Of a DNA stretch of 64,000 bases, positions 47,521 to 58,194 are shown piece after piece. This DNA comes from an uncultured cyanobacterium (GTDB taxonomy: Bacteria; Cyanobacteriota; Cyanobacteriia; PCC-9006; JAAUQQ01). The stretch lies in the NCBI GenBank assembly GCA_963718615.1, contig OY970368.1:2592001-2656000 (forward strand), written 5' to 3'. The notes beneath the pieces were generated by a model. That model worked only from the letters and a program-made list of their open reading frames with translations, did not search any database and was not told where the DNA came from. The position numbers and the translations under genes are program-made. Position 1 is the stretch's first letter, and each line of letters opens with the position of its first letter.

Positions 47521-48900
47521 ATGTCCCTGCGAACCTCACAGTTTTTACGCGCCCTCGTTATTGTTTTTATTATCCTGTTGTTGCAAATTCCCACGCTGAT
47601 GGTGCAAGGCCTCGTGCGCGAGCGCCAAAGCCTACGCATGGAAGCGATTAGCGATATCACCGTCAAACGCGGTGCCCAGCAAACCCTGATTGGCCCTCGG
47701 CTAATCATCCCCTACATCAAACGCACCACCGTGGGCACTGGGGATAAGCAAACCACCAAAACCGAAACCCAATACGGTTCATTCTTGCCGAGCGAACTCA
47801 ACATCGACGGTACGCTCACCACCGAGCTGCTCTATCGCGGTATTTTTGAAGTGCCAGTGTATAAGGGAGAGTTGGCGATCGCCGGAACCTTCACCAAGCC
47901 GGACCTCTCTCCCTGGAGCGTCGATCCCAAAGACATCCTCTGGAACAACGCTGAACTAGTCATCGAAATTGCCGATGCCCACGCCATTCAAAACCAGGTC
48001 AAACTGGGCTGGAATGACCAACAAATTGCCTTTGCGCCGGGTCTAGGCAAATATGGCGGCAATTTGAATCCGGGGAATGCGGGCATCTTTGCCAGTCTCA
48101 AGGGCCAAATGACGGCTAATGCATTCAAGTTTAATGTGCCAATTACGCTCAATGGCAGTGAGCGTTTGGCCTTTGCGCCCATGGGTGAACTAACCAAGGT
48201 TAACCTCAAAGCCGATTGGCCTAGCCCCAGTTTTCAGGGGCTTTGGCTCCCCACGGAGCGGGAGACAGGCAGTGAGAATTTCACCGCAACCTGGCAAATT
48301 CCCTCCCTGGGCCGCAACTTCCCTCAGGCTTGGAATACCGACCAGCCCGTAGCGGCGGATGTGATTCAAAATTCGGTCTTCGGCGTTGATTTGATTTCAC
48401 CGGTGGACAACTACCGGATGACCGAGCGAAGTCTCAAGTACAACTTCTTGTTTTTGCTACTGACCTTTGTCACCTTCTGGTTGTTTGAGGCTACAACGCG
48501 GCTGCGGGTCCATCCCCTGCAATACCTGATGGTGGGGGCGGCGATGACGATGTTTTACTTGTTGCAACTGGCATTGTCGGAACACATTGGCTTTGATGCA
48601 GCCTATGCCGTTGCCAGTGGCGCTGTCGTGGTGCTGATTACGGTCTATTCGGTGGCGGTGCTGCGGGCCAAGGGGCGCGGTGGCATTATCGGCGTTCTGG
48701 AGGCTGCGCTCTATGGCTATCTTTACTTTGTCCTGGCCAATGAAAGCTATTCGCTTTTGATTGGGTCGTTGGGGCTATTCGTGTTCTTGGCGATCGCCAT
48801 GTACTTCACCCGCAGCATGGATTGGCTGGAGGGTAGTTTGTCAGGTGAATCATCGAGCGAATCTTCGATCGTTCCACCGACAACACCACCCATTGGGTAG
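47521..48900 (+). CDS. creD: Inner membrane protein CreD
   Basis: YRGIFEVPVY, WPSPSFQG, ERSLKY, VHPLQYLMVG, LALSEHIGF, MYFTR; ATG 47521. Confidence 0.9.
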   Translation: MSLRTSQFLRALVIVFIILLLQIPTLMVQGLVRERQSLRMEAISDITVKRGAQQTLIGPRLIIPYIKRTTVGTGDKQTTKTETQYGSFLPSELNIDGTLTTELLYRGIFEVPVYKGELAIAGTFTKPDLSPWSVDPKDILWNNAELVIEIADAHAIQNQVKLGWNDQQIAFAPGLGKYGGNLNPGNAGIFASLKGQMTANAFKFNVPITLNGSERLAFAPMGELTKVNLKADWPSPSFQGLWLPTERETGSENFTATWQIPSLGRNFPQAWNTDQPVAADVIQNSVFGVDLISPVDNYRMTERSLKYNFLFLLLTFVTFWLFEATTRLRVHPLQYLMVGAAMTMFYLLQLALSEHIGFDAAYAVASGAVVVLITVYSVAVLRAKGRGGIIGVLEAALYGYLYFVLANESYSLLIGSLGLFVFLAIAMYFTRSMDWLEGSLSGESSSESSIVPPTTPPIG

Positions 48901-48955
48901 GTTGGCGTTGAGCAAAGCGAAACCCAACAGGCCAAAGCAAAGCTTGTTGGGTTTT
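48897..48955. repeat. GTAG-type REP-like palindrome, copy 2
   Basis: GTAGGTTGGCGTTGAGCAAAGCGAAACCCAAC...GTTGGGTTTT, overlapping the creD stop. Confidence 0.7.
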
Positions 48956-49245
48956 GTGCTGCAATCAACGGGCAGATGCACTACAAATATCCCAAAAGAA
49001 AGAGAACAAGAACAATCACCAACAATGTCCCTATCAATCCCGTTGGTCCATAGCCCCAAGCACGACTATAGGGATAGGCCGGGACAGTCCCGATCAGTAA
49101 CAGAATTAATACGATTAGAAGAATCGTGGACATAAAAATGCCTTGAATTTACGATCCTTCAACTGTACTGACGGTTATTTCGAGGTACGTCCCCCTAACG
49201 GCTGAGGTTGAAAGAATCAAGAGGCGATCGCCCTGCCGATTCTAT

Positions 49246-52200
49246 CTAGAGAGTGAGGAAATCACTCGCGCCAAGACCAGTTGCCGTTACACCCTGAAGC
49301 AGTGCCAGGTTTTCTTGGCCAAGGCGAATTAAGGTATCGCCATTGGACTGAACCAGCGTGAGCTGACCCAACGTCAGGCCATTGGCCAAACCAATGTGAT
49401 CGGTACCGACCTCGAAGTCCGTAATCCAATCGAAGCCCTCGCCCGCTGCCAAGATAAACAGATCCTGACCATCGGGATCTGAGCCCGTCCCCCCCGTGAG
49501 TTGGTCATTACCCGCGCCGCCCCGCAGGATGTCATCGCCGAGACCACCCCAGATCAAGTCATCGCCCACACCGCCCAGGAGTGTGTCATTGCCGCCTTTG
49601 CCACCTATGCGGTCGTTGCCTGCACCCCCATCGATAAAGTCATCGCCTCCCGTAGGACCACCGGGCAGACTTTGGTTCTCATCACCCCGTAGGATGTCAT
49701 CGCCATCGCCACCGAGAATCTTGTCATCCCCAAAACCTCCGGCAATGGTATCGGCAGTTGCAGTTCCCACAAGCGTGTTGGCACTAGCATCGCCAGCAAT
49801 CAGGGGAACCGCATCACCCGCATTGGCGGGGATCAGATCCTGGGGAAACTCGATCCAGGTGTTGTCAATATCAACGAGGTCGTCGCTGCGATCGCCCAAA
49901 TCATTGCCAATCACATTGCCATACACCGTCGCCACATTCACCACCCGACCCCAGGCAATGTCCTCAGCGGTGATGGCGTAGGTTGCCGTGCCCCAACGAC
50001 TTTCACCGGGATTGAGCGGTAGGGCGCTTTGCCATTGGATGGGGCTGAGGCCAGGGATATTGTCGGCGATCGCCACTCCATCAAACCCCCGAGCCCCGCT
50101 ATTCGTCACCTTGAACGTAAACGTAACCACATCCCCCGGCGTCACTACACAATCTGCACCGACGTCCAGATGGCCGTTTTTCTCCAACAGAATTGCAGCC
50201 CCCGCCGTGCTCAAATCAATGGTTTCTGGATCGGTCGCCTCGACGGGCTGGCCTTGGGGTCCCTCACCCGTTACGGTCCCGATATTGGTAAATGTACCCC
50301 CATCGAAATCCGCCTGGGATAGCGTTTTGACATAGGTACCGTTAGCGCTACCGCCGCTCGCCAAATCGTCTACCGCTCCATCCCCATCCAAATCACTCAG
50401 CCCCGTTGTCAGGCGAACTTCAAAGTCATCCAGCGGATCAGCGGGGGTGCCGTTGTCATCGGTCAAGACCAGATTGAACAGATCTACTGGTCCCGAATTG
50501 GTCACAACATAGGTATAGGTCACCTCATCCCCGGCAGCGACAAAGCAGTCGTGATTGGTGTCGGTGATGGCTCCGGCGGTTTTGACCAGTTCAATTGCTG
50601 GGGGCTTCGCCAGCGTCACGGTTTCCTCGTCAGTTTTCGGGGTTAAAACATTGCCATCAGGGTCTTCAGCGGTGCCGGTGACAATGTTGGTGAGCGAACC
50701 CGCATCGATATCAGCTTGGGTTAGCTCATGTTGATAGGTACCCGTAGCAACTTCACCGGGAGTCAGCGTGGTTTTGTCGAGGGTCACAACCACATCATCG
50801 CTGGTATCCGCTGGCGTGCCGTTGTCATCGACGAGCTCGACATTGTTGAGCGTGACACTGCCCGTATTGGTGAAGGTGTAGCTGTAGTTGACTAGATCGC
50901 CCGCATCAATACCATTGCCATCGACATCGGTGAACTCGCCTGGGTCGGCGGCATCCTTGACCGTGCCTGCGGTTTTGGCGATCGCAAAATCAGGTGTCCC
51001 TACAATGGATACCGTTTCCTCATCGGTTTGGGGCAGCAGCGGATTGCCGTTGGGATCTTCAGCGGTGCCGGTGACAATGTTGGTGAGCGAACCGGCATCG
51101 ATATCGGCCTGGGTCAGCTCCCGCTGATAGGTTCCCGTAGCACTTTCGCCAGGGGCTAGGGTAGTTTGGTCGAGGACAATCGTCACGTCATCGCTGGTAT
51201 CCGTCGGCGTCCCGTTGTCGTCAATCAACGCTACATTGCTGAGCGTCACTGCGCCTGTATTAGTGAAGGTGTAGCTGTAGTTGACTAGATCGCCCGCATC
51301 AATGCCATTGCCATCGACATCGGTGAACTCGCCTGCATCAGCGGCATCTGGCACCGTGCCTGCGGTTTTGAGCAGCGTAAACGCCGGAGTTCCTTCAACA
51401 ACAACGGTTTCCTCATCGGTTTTAGGCGGCAGCGGATCGTCGTTGGGATCTTCAGCGGTGCCGGTGACAATGTTGGTGAGCGAACCGGCATCGATATCGG
51501 CCTGGGTCAGCTCTCGCTGGTAGGTTCCCGTGGCCATTTCGCCAGGGGCTAGGGTAGTTTGGTCGAGGACAATCGTTACATCATCGCTGGTATCCGCTGG
51601 CGTCCCGTTGTCGTCAATCAACGCTACATTGCTGAGCGTCACTGCACCCATGTTAGTGAAGGCATAGCTGTAGTTGACCCAATCTCCTGCATCAATACCA
51701 TTGCCATCGACATCGGTGAACTCGCCTGCATCAGCGGCATCTGGCACCGTGCCTGCGGTTTTGAGCAGCGTAAATGCGGCTTCTCCGGCGATCGCCACAG
51801 TCTCTGTATCCTGTTGGGGAGCCAACTGGCGATTCTTGGGATCTTTGGCCGTGCCCGTGACGATGTTGGTGAGCGTGCCGGTATCAATGGTGGCTTGGGT
51901 GAGGACTTGCTGATAGCTGCCTGTGGCGGTTTCACCTGGTAGGAGCGTGGTTTGGTCGAGGGCGATCGCCACATCATCGCTCGTATCCCCCGGTGTACCG
52001 TTGTCATCCACCAGGGTGACTGTATTGAGCGTGACGTTGCCGGTATTGGTAAAGGTATAGCGATAGTTGACGAGATCTCCGGCATCAATGCCATTGCCAT
52101 CCAGATCCGTAAACTCTCCCCCATCCGCAGCATCGCGAAGCGTACCGGCGGTTTTAACAATTTCAAAGTTGGGGCGCTGGGGCAAATTGACCAAGACGGA

Positions 52201-52923
52201 ACCACTGGCGGGCAGGGCGAGATCGGATCCAGGAGGCATGCCTTCGGTCTCCGCCGTTCCCAGGAATGTACCTGTATCCAAGGTCGCTTGAGTCAAAACA
52301 TAGTTGTAGGACCCCGTGGCGGTTGTGCCCGCTGACAAATCATCGGCTTGCCCATCCCCATCCAAATCGCTCAGTCCTATTAAGGGGACAATCACCGTGT
52401 CATTGGGGTCTGAAGGCAAGCCTAGGTCTCGTAGGGTGACATTAAATAGAGAGGTGTTACCGCTGTTGGTGACGGTATAGTTGTATTGCGTAATCTCACC
52501 CACATCCGGTCGCCCATTACCATTGGCATCCTGATAGGATTGGTTGTTATTTAAGGTTTTGGTAAGGTTGATCACCGAAGTTTGTGCCAGTGCTTCACTG
52601 TCACTAATGGGGCCGCTGCTAGCGGCATTTCCCCCTGCGGTACCGGTTACCTCAGTCGTCGTATCGACTTGCCCCAAATCAATGTCAGCGGCAGTTAGAA
52701 TATAGTCTACTTCTACGGTCGTCGACTGTCCCGGCGACAGCGTAGTCGCCACGGGAATGGGCGTACTCGAAAGCTTTGGATCGTTAATCGCAATGTCGCT
52801 AAGGGGCGCGGCGGCAGTATTAGTAATGGTTAGGGTATATTTGATGGTCTCACCAACATTGGCTAACCCATTACTATTCTCATCCAGCAAATTACTGATT
52901 TTTGTTAAGGTAATTCCAGCCAT
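49246..52923 (-). CDS. Acidic RTX surface protein/adhesin with tandem DUF11/DUF7507-like Ig-fold domains
   Basis: Repeated KTA...GD.V.Y.YTFTNTG.VTL domains, DxDGNG loops, C-terminal GGxGxD nonapeptides and a T1SS-like tail; no Sec signal. Confidence 0.85.
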   Translation of the reverse strand: MAGITLTKISNLLDENSNGLANVGETIKYTLTITNTAAAPLSDIAINDPKLSSTPIPVATTLSPGQSTTVEVDYILTAADIDLGQVDTTTEVTGTAGGNAASSGPISDSEALAQTSVINLTKTLNNNQSYQDANGNGRPDVGEITQYNYTVTNSGNTSLFNVTLRDLGLPSDPNDTVIVPLIGLSDLDGDGQADDLSAGTTATGSYNYVLTQATLDTGTFLGTAETEGMPPGSDLALPASGSVLVNLPQRPNFEIVKTAGTLRDAADGGEFTDLDGNGIDAGDLVNYRYTFTNTGNVTLNTVTLVDDNGTPGDTSDDVAIALDQTTLLPGETATGSYQQVLTQATIDTGTLTNIVTGTAKDPKNRQLAPQQDTETVAIAGEAAFTLLKTAGTVPDAADAGEFTDVDGNGIDAGDWVNYSYAFTNMGAVTLSNVALIDDNGTPADTSDDVTIVLDQTTLAPGEMATGTYQRELTQADIDAGSLTNIVTGTAEDPNDDPLPPKTDEETVVVEGTPAFTLLKTAGTVPDAADAGEFTDVDGNGIDAGDLVNYSYTFTNTGAVTLSNVALIDDNGTPTDTSDDVTIVLDQTTLAPGESATGTYQRELTQADIDAGSLTNIVTGTAEDPNGNPLLPQTDEETVSIVGTPDFAIAKTAGTVKDAADPGEFTDVDGNGIDAGDLVNYSYTFTNTGSVTLNNVELVDDNGTPADTSDDVVVTLDKTTLTPGEVATGTYQHELTQADIDAGSLTNIVTGTAEDPDGNVLTPKTDEETVTLAKPPAIELVKTAGAITDTNHDCFVAAGDEVTYTYVVTNSGPVDLFNLVLTDDNGTPADPLDDFEVRLTTGLSDLDGDGAVDDLASGGSANGTYVKTLSQADFDGGTFTNIGTVTGEGPQGQPVEATDPETIDLSTAGAAILLEKNGHLDVGADCVVTPGDVVTFTFKVTNSGARGFDGVAIADNIPGLSPIQWQSALPLNPGESRWGTATYAITAEDIAWGRVVNVATVYGNVIGNDLGDRSDDLVDIDNTWIEFPQDLIPANAGDAVPLIAGDASANTLVGTATADTIAGGFGDDKILGGDGDDILRGDENQSLPGGPTGGDDFIDGGAGNDRIGGKGGNDTLLGGVGDDLIWGGLGDDILRGGAGNDQLTGGTGSDPDGQDLFILAAGEGFDWITDFEVGTDHIGLANGLTLGQLTLVQSNGDTLIRLGQENLALLQGVTATGLGASDFLTL
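50602..52173. repeat. Four tandem 393-bp (131-codon) intragenic repeats
   Basis: Homologous positions at 50888, 51281, 51674 and 52067 are spaced exactly 393 bp; outer boundaries approximate. Confidence 0.9.
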
Positions 52924-53725
52924 TACTTACACTTTTCCTGCTAAAAATAGCATGAGACAACACAAAAATTGCAGGCCAATCGGGCACGAGTAAACTTCGT
53001 GGAAATGCCGGGGCGATCGCAAGCTAACGATAAACACAAGGCCACGCTTAGGCCAGGTTATCGATAGCCTTTAGGGAATGAAGCTGCCAATGATGCGCAC
53101 AAACGGTTTGCTCGGAGTAGGTTCAACCGAGACCTCAAAAACTAAACGAATTTGAACAGATGTGTAGATGACTTGTCGTCGCCTGACGATTGCTTTGATT
53201 TAGGGTTATGCCACTCTTTTTAGCGAGCCATCCCCTCATCCACTCCCTGATGATGATCTGTGGTTTGAAAGCACCCGAGGGAGCAGACCAATTGCGGTTT
53301 AAACAATCTTTACATGAACAAAACGATAGCGATAGCGATCCATAGAAGAAAACTAACACAGAAGAAAAACAGATGTGTTCCGTGATACTACGTTATTACA
53401 GCAGTATGCAGTGCAAAAAAGAGCGGCGGATCAGGCATTGTGTTCTGACGGCAAGTCTTGTTAGAGGCGTGGGACCTTCATGAAAATTTAATGATTGATG
53501 GGATGAATTTGTCGCTAAATCTCGAAATGTTACAAAATGAGTCGCAGATTTCTGGAGCGAGAAGAAAACAGGAGTGAACCTCTTTACAAAAAGGAACGAA
53601 AGGATCAGACTGTAATAAATTTTAAAGACTTAATCCTTGTAAACCTAAAATGTTCTTAAAATTTTCTCGAAGACATCGACGGCTGCTCAATCTACCGATA
53701 TTTTTGTGGTTATCACTCAATTCAA

Positions 53726-56248
53726 ATGCCAATTTTTTATCCCAACTCCCATGGAACAGATCTAGAAGGCTTGCTCGGGCCAGCTTTAGTTGCAACTCCT
53801 GGCACCCAGATTCAGACAGTTATTCAGAAGATGAGTCGATTAAGGAACAGCCACTATTCAACGATTTCAGTGCCGTCTAGTTGTGCGCTCATTGTGCGAC
53901 AAGGTCGTTTCCTAGGACTATTTACAGAACAGGATCTGTTGGATTTGGTTAATGCGGGGCGATCGCTTCAAAAGCTTCGTATCAAATCTGTCATGGTTCA
54001 AACAGTCGCAACGCTTTTAATCGATGATGAGCCCGATCTGCAAGAGGTTATGGCTCTCCTGCTCCAAGCCCATGGTCAATGTTTGCCAGTGCTTAATCGT
54101 GCAGGTGAATTGCAAGGTATCATTACGGTGAAAAGTCTGCTGGAGTACCTCAGTCACCAGTGTTCAAGGGCTGAAGACGTACTTCCAGTCATTGCTCAAT
54201 CCCGCTTAGCACCAGGGGTACAACAGCTAGCAGAACGAGAACAAGAAGGAGAACAACTATTACGGCAAATTGGACAACGAATCTATCAATCTTTTCAGGT
54301 TGAAGAGATCCAAGAGGTGGTGGTTCAAGAACTGCGCAGAATTCTTCAAGCCGATCGCGTGGTGATTTTCCAACTGAGGTTTGACCATGTAGGGGTAATT
54401 ATCCATGAATCCGCAGATGTTAATTATCCTATTCCTGAATCATTGTATTGGGAAGAGGAGCACTTCTCAGCAGACTGCTACGCATTTTATCTCACTCGCC
54501 AGCCTCGTATTGTTCTTGATATTGAACAGGACATTTGGTCCGGCTGTATAGCAGAGTTTATGCAAGCAGCCCAAGTCCAATCTAAAATCGTTGCTCCCAT
54601 TGTCCAAACGCTCACAGACGGACAAGAGCGAATCTGGGGATTGATTAGTGTTCATGCCTGTCGTGAGCATCGTCAATGGAAAACTCATGAAGCTAAGTTT
54701 TGTCAGGAAGTTGCTAATCAATTAGCCTTATCCATTAAGCAAGCTGCTCTTTATCAACAGCTTGAGCAGGAATTACGCGATCGAATTCAAGAAGTCGAGC
54801 GTCGTAAACAGGCAGAAAAAGCATTAGACTATCAGCTACAACAGAAAAATATTCTGCGGCAGATTACTAGCCAAATTCGTCGCAGCCTCGATCCAGATAG
54901 AATCTTTAAAACAACTATAATTATAACTCGTCGAATTCTTCAGGTGGATCGAGTTTGTATTTTTCGTTTTACCCCTAAATCTTCTTGTACAGAAGGATTA
55001 TTCGTTGCCGAAGAAGTTGACTCTACCTTTTGTCCCATGCTGGGAGTGACGCTTCACGAAGCTTGCTTTGGTCAAGACTGGAGTGCTCAGTATGTTCGAG
55101 GAAAGTTCGCTGTTGTGGATGATATCTATCATGCAGATTTAACAGATTGCCATGTTCAATTTTTAGCGCAGATGGAAATCCGCGCGGCTGTAATTCTTCC
55201 TATTATTGTAGGAGCCAATCTTTGGGGATTTTTCTGTTTGCACCAATGCTCAGCTCCACGACATTGGGAGAATCACGAAATTCAATTTTCTCGAAGAATC
55301 GCGACACAATTAAGCGTTGCCTTACAGCAAGCAGAACTGCTAGCCCATGAGCGAGAAACTAGTGAGGCGCTGACTCGAAAAAACTTTGAAATTGAACAAG
55401 CCAAACGTCAAGCTGAAGAGGCTAATCAAGCAAAAAGTGAGTTCTTGGCCAATATGAGCCATGAATTGCGTACGCCACTCAATGCCATTTTGGGTTTTAG
55501 TCAACTGCTTCAGAAAGAAGCAGATATTTCAGACGTGCATAAAGAGATGCTGAATACCATTAATCGAAGTGGCACGCATTTGCTCACTCTGATCAATGAC
55601 ATTCTAGAAATGTCAAAAATTGAAGCGGGTCAGGCAATCCTGAATCCACAAGATTTTGATCTTTTTGAGTTACTCAATACGCTATATTCTATGTTTAGGT
55701 TTAGGGCAGAGTCTCAGGGATTAGACTTGGAATTTGTCTCTGCTCCCCAGCTCCCACAATACCTCCAAACGGATGAAGGTAAGCTTCGACAAATTCTGAT
55801 TAATCTTCTCGGTAACGCCATCAAGTTTACCCAACAGGGACAGATCATCCTGACGATTGAGGTCAATGCTCAAACACCTGCGTTTTCTGTTTCTGACCAA
55901 AACCTAGAAATCGATTGTCTATGGCTCCGATTTAGCATCACAGATAGTGGTCCAGGGATTGAACCGAGCAACTTTGCGGATTTGTTTAATCCCTTTGTAC
56001 AAACTGCCGTTGGCAAACGAGCCCAGGAAGGAACTGGCTTAGGCTTAGCCATTAGCTATCAGTTTGCTCGGATCCTGGGTGGGAGGCTCTTTGTTGAAAG
56101 CGAACTAGGAGTCGGAAGTACTTTTACCTTAGAGATTCCGGTGCGGCTTGCTGAGCCGTTGGAAGCATCATCCCATAATCCCTATCATCAAGTCCTGCGT
56201 CTTGCAGAGGGGCAACCTACTTATCGCATTTTGGTTGTGGATGATTGA
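53726..56248 (+). CDS. CBS-GAF-GAF-HisKA-HATPase cyanobacteriochrome hybrid kinase, 5' part (truncated by IS3)
   Basis: CBS pair, two GAF domains with bilin-type Cys (WSGCI; EACF...DCH), [27 protein letters not shown]; ends ILVVDD at the IS end. Confidence 0.9.
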   Translation: MPIFYPNSHGTDLEGLLGPALVATPGTQIQTVIQKMSRLRNSHYSTISVPSSCALIVRQGRFLGLFTEQDLLDLVNAGRSLQKLRIKSVMVQTVATLLIDDEPDLQEVMALLLQAHGQCLPVLNRAGELQGIITVKSLLEYLSHQCSRAEDVLPVIAQSRLAPGVQQLAEREQEGEQLLRQIGQRIYQSFQVEEIQEVVVQELRRILQADRVVIFQLRFDHVGVIIHESADVNYPIPESLYWEEEHFSADCYAFYLTRQPRIVLDIEQDIWSGCIAEFMQAAQVQSKIVAPIVQTLTDGQERIWGLISVHACREHRQWKTHEAKFCQEVANQLALSIKQAALYQQLEQELRDRIQEVERRKQAEKALDYQLQQKNILRQITSQIRRSLDPDRIFKTTIIITRRILQVDRVCIFRFTPKSSCTEGLFVAEEVDSTFCPMLGVTLHEACFGQDWSAQYVRGKFAVVDDIYHADLTDCHVQFLAQMEIRAAVILPIIVGANLWGFFCLHQCSAPRHWENHEIQFSRRIATQLSVALQQAELLAHERETSEALTRKNFEIEQAKRQAEEANQAKSEFLANMSHELRTPLNAILGFSQLLQKEADISDVHKEMLNTINRSGTHLLTLINDILEMSKIEAGQAILNPQDFDLFELLNTLYSMFRFRAESQGLDLEFVSAPQLPQYLQTDEGKLRQILINLLGNAIKFTQQGQIILTIEVNAQTPAFSVSDQNLEIDCLWLRFSITDSGPGIEPSNFADLFNPFVQTAVGKRAQEGTGLGLAISYQFARILGGRLFVESELGVGSTFTLEIPVRLAEPLEASSHNPYHQVLRLAEGQPTYRILVVDD

Positions 56249-56319
56249 GGTGGACCCAATCGACTGAACAGATTTAACAGGAGACTAAGCTCTGAATTCT
56301 CCCCGGATTGGACCTCTAT

Positions 56320-57183
56320 TCAGCGACTGCTCTCAGCTGCACCGTCAAAGTAAATCTCATCCGGTGTTTTGTAATCCAACGACTGATGCAATCTCAACTG
56401 ATTATACCAGCTAAACCATTTCTTCACCTCCTGATTTAAGTGATTCCCATCCTCAAAACTCTTCAGATAAATCAGCTCGTACTTCAGCGATCGCCACAGC
56501 CTTTCAATGAAGATGTTGTCATGACACCTTCCCCGTCCATCCATGCTCACCTGGGCTCCGGCTGTTCTCAACCTCTCGGTAAACACCTTCGCCGTGAACT
56601 GAGACCCCTGATCTGAATTGAAGATATCAGGACATCCATATTCCTCCAACGCTTCCTCCAATGCATCCAAACAGAACTGCACATCCATCGTGTTCGAGAT
56701 TCGCCAGCTCAGCACCTTACGGCTGTACCAGTCCATAATCGCCACCAGATAGAAATGCCCCTTCAGCACCGGCAGATAGGTGATGTCCGTGCTCCAGACC
56801 TGGTTTACCTTATCAATCGCCACACCCCTCAGCAGATAGGGATATATCTTGTGCTCCGGGTTTGCCACAGTCAGCTTCGGCTTCGGATACAGCGTTTGTA
56901 GACCCAGCTTTCGCATCAACCGCTGCACTCGCTTGCGATTCACATCATGACCCTCTCTCTTCAACTGAGCCGTCATCCGACGAGAGCCATAGAACGGCAT
57001 CTCCAGATACAGCTCATCCAAGCGACGCAGCAGTTCTAGCTCAGAGTCACTCACTGCTTTGGCACGGTAGTACAAGCTCGAACGGCTGATGCCCAGTAGC
57101 TGACATTGACGCACCAGGCTCAACTCCTCGTGCTCTCGCTCTACCAGGGCTTTTCGCTGCTCAACCCCAGTTTGGCTGAGCAC
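56320..57183 (-). CDS. IS3 OrfB DDE transposase
   Basis: YGSRR, WSTDITY, NSDQGSQF, DNIFIERLWRSLKYE. Confidence 0.95.
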   Translation of the reverse strand: MLSQTGVEQRKALVEREHEELSLVRQCQLLGISRSSLYYRAKAVSDSELELLRRLDELYLEMPFYGSRRMTAQLKREGHDVNRKRVQRLMRKLGLQTLYPKPKLTVANPEHKIYPYLLRGVAIDKVNQVWSTDITYLPVLKGHFYLVAIMDWYSRKVLSWRISNTMDVQFCLDALEEALEEYGCPDIFNSDQGSQFTAKVFTERLRTAGAQVSMDGRGRCHDNIFIERLWRSLKYELIYLKSFEDGNHLNQEVKKWFSWYNQLRLHQSLDYKTPDEIYFDGAAESSR

Positions 57184-57464
57184 TCCGCTAAAAAATCCCG
57201 TTCCACCTTCAGCTTGCCGATTTGCCGATACAGCTCGTTGATTTCTGCCTGTTTATTCGCTTCCTCCTTTCCTCTATCAGATGTCTGGCCTGAATCAAAG
57301 ACGCTGCTTGCCCCTTCCAAGAGCTGCCTCTTCCACTGATGGATCAGCGTTGGATGCACATTGTGTTGGCTCGCCAGTTCCGGCACCGTCTTTGCCCCTT
57401 GCAAGGCTTCCAAGGCGATTCTCGATTTGAACTGGGCGCTGTACTGTCGGCGTTTCTTGCTCAT
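57141..57464 (-). CDS. IS3 OrfA (HTH); probable -1 frameshift into OrfB at the T6 run (57190-57195)
   Basis: MSKKRRQYSAQFK...LYRQIGKLKVERDFL; overlaps OrfB in the -1 frame. Confidence 0.92.
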   Translation of the reverse strand: MSKKRRQYSAQFKSRIALEALQGAKTVPELASQHNVHPTLIHQWKRQLLEGASSVFDSGQTSDRGKEEANKQAEINELYRQIGKLKVERDFLAECSAKLGLSSEKPW

Positions 57465-57534
57465 CTTCTACTCCTATCATTTTTCGTGGAGTTTCAGAGC
57501 TTAACCCCCTGTCCAGTTTTTGGGGTCCACTATA

Positions 57535-58194
57535 GATAACTTAGAGAATCGTAAGCTCCTAGGCCGATTGATGCAATCTGCTGGATTTGAGGTCCAACTT
57601 GCTATCAATGGTCTAGAGGCGATCGCCCTCAGCCGAACCTGGAATCCTCATCTGATTTGGATGGATCTGCGAATGCCTGAGATGGATGGCCTAGAAGCCA
57701 CGCGCCAAATTAAATTGCACCAACCCAACATCCCCATTATTGCGCTCACGGCTCAAGCCTTTGCCAAAGATCAGATTGCAGCGACAACAGCCGGTTGTGA
57801 TGGTTTTATTCTCAAGCCTTTTCATCCATCAGTCCTGTGGGAATGCCTAGCCCAACAGCTTTCGGTTCAGTATGTTTACACAGAGGACAGGACGGAAACT
57901 AACGTTGCGGCGACCGATGCTGCATTGGCAAGGAAAAGGGGAGAGGGACGATCGCTTCATCTCACTCTGACGCCGGATATTCTACAATCGCTATCCCAAA
58001 CTTGGCTTCAGCGGCTTTACAAGGCTGCGCTAGCACTTGATAGCGTTACCCTCAGACAACTCATGAGCGAACTACCCGAATCTCAGCTCACCTTAAAACA
58101 GGAATTAGAGCAGATTATCCGTAAGTTTCGTTATGATCTCATCTTGCAATCCCTCCGGGATGTGGGCGTCATGGAATCAAACCCACCAACGTGA
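57535..58194 (+). pseudogene. 3' remainder of the hybrid kinase (receiver domain and tail)
   Basis: DNLENRKLL...WMDLRMPEMDG...IIALTA...KP; removing the IS and one GAT restores ILVVDDNLENR. Confidence 0.92.

Larger units (their letters stand above)
56246..57534 (-). mobile_element. IS3-family insertion sequence, 1289 bp, with 3-bp target duplication GAT
   Basis: Imperfect terminal IRs TGAGGTGGACCCAATCGACTGAACAG / TATAGTGGACCCCAAAAACTGGACAG; GAT at 56243-56245 and 57535-57537. Confidence 0.95.

Noticed and set aside
52924-53725. Small ORFs or a c-di-GMP riboswitch in the adhesin/kinase intergenic region
   Set aside because: No convincing GEMM-type structure or coding signal recognised by eye; an Rfam scan would be needed.
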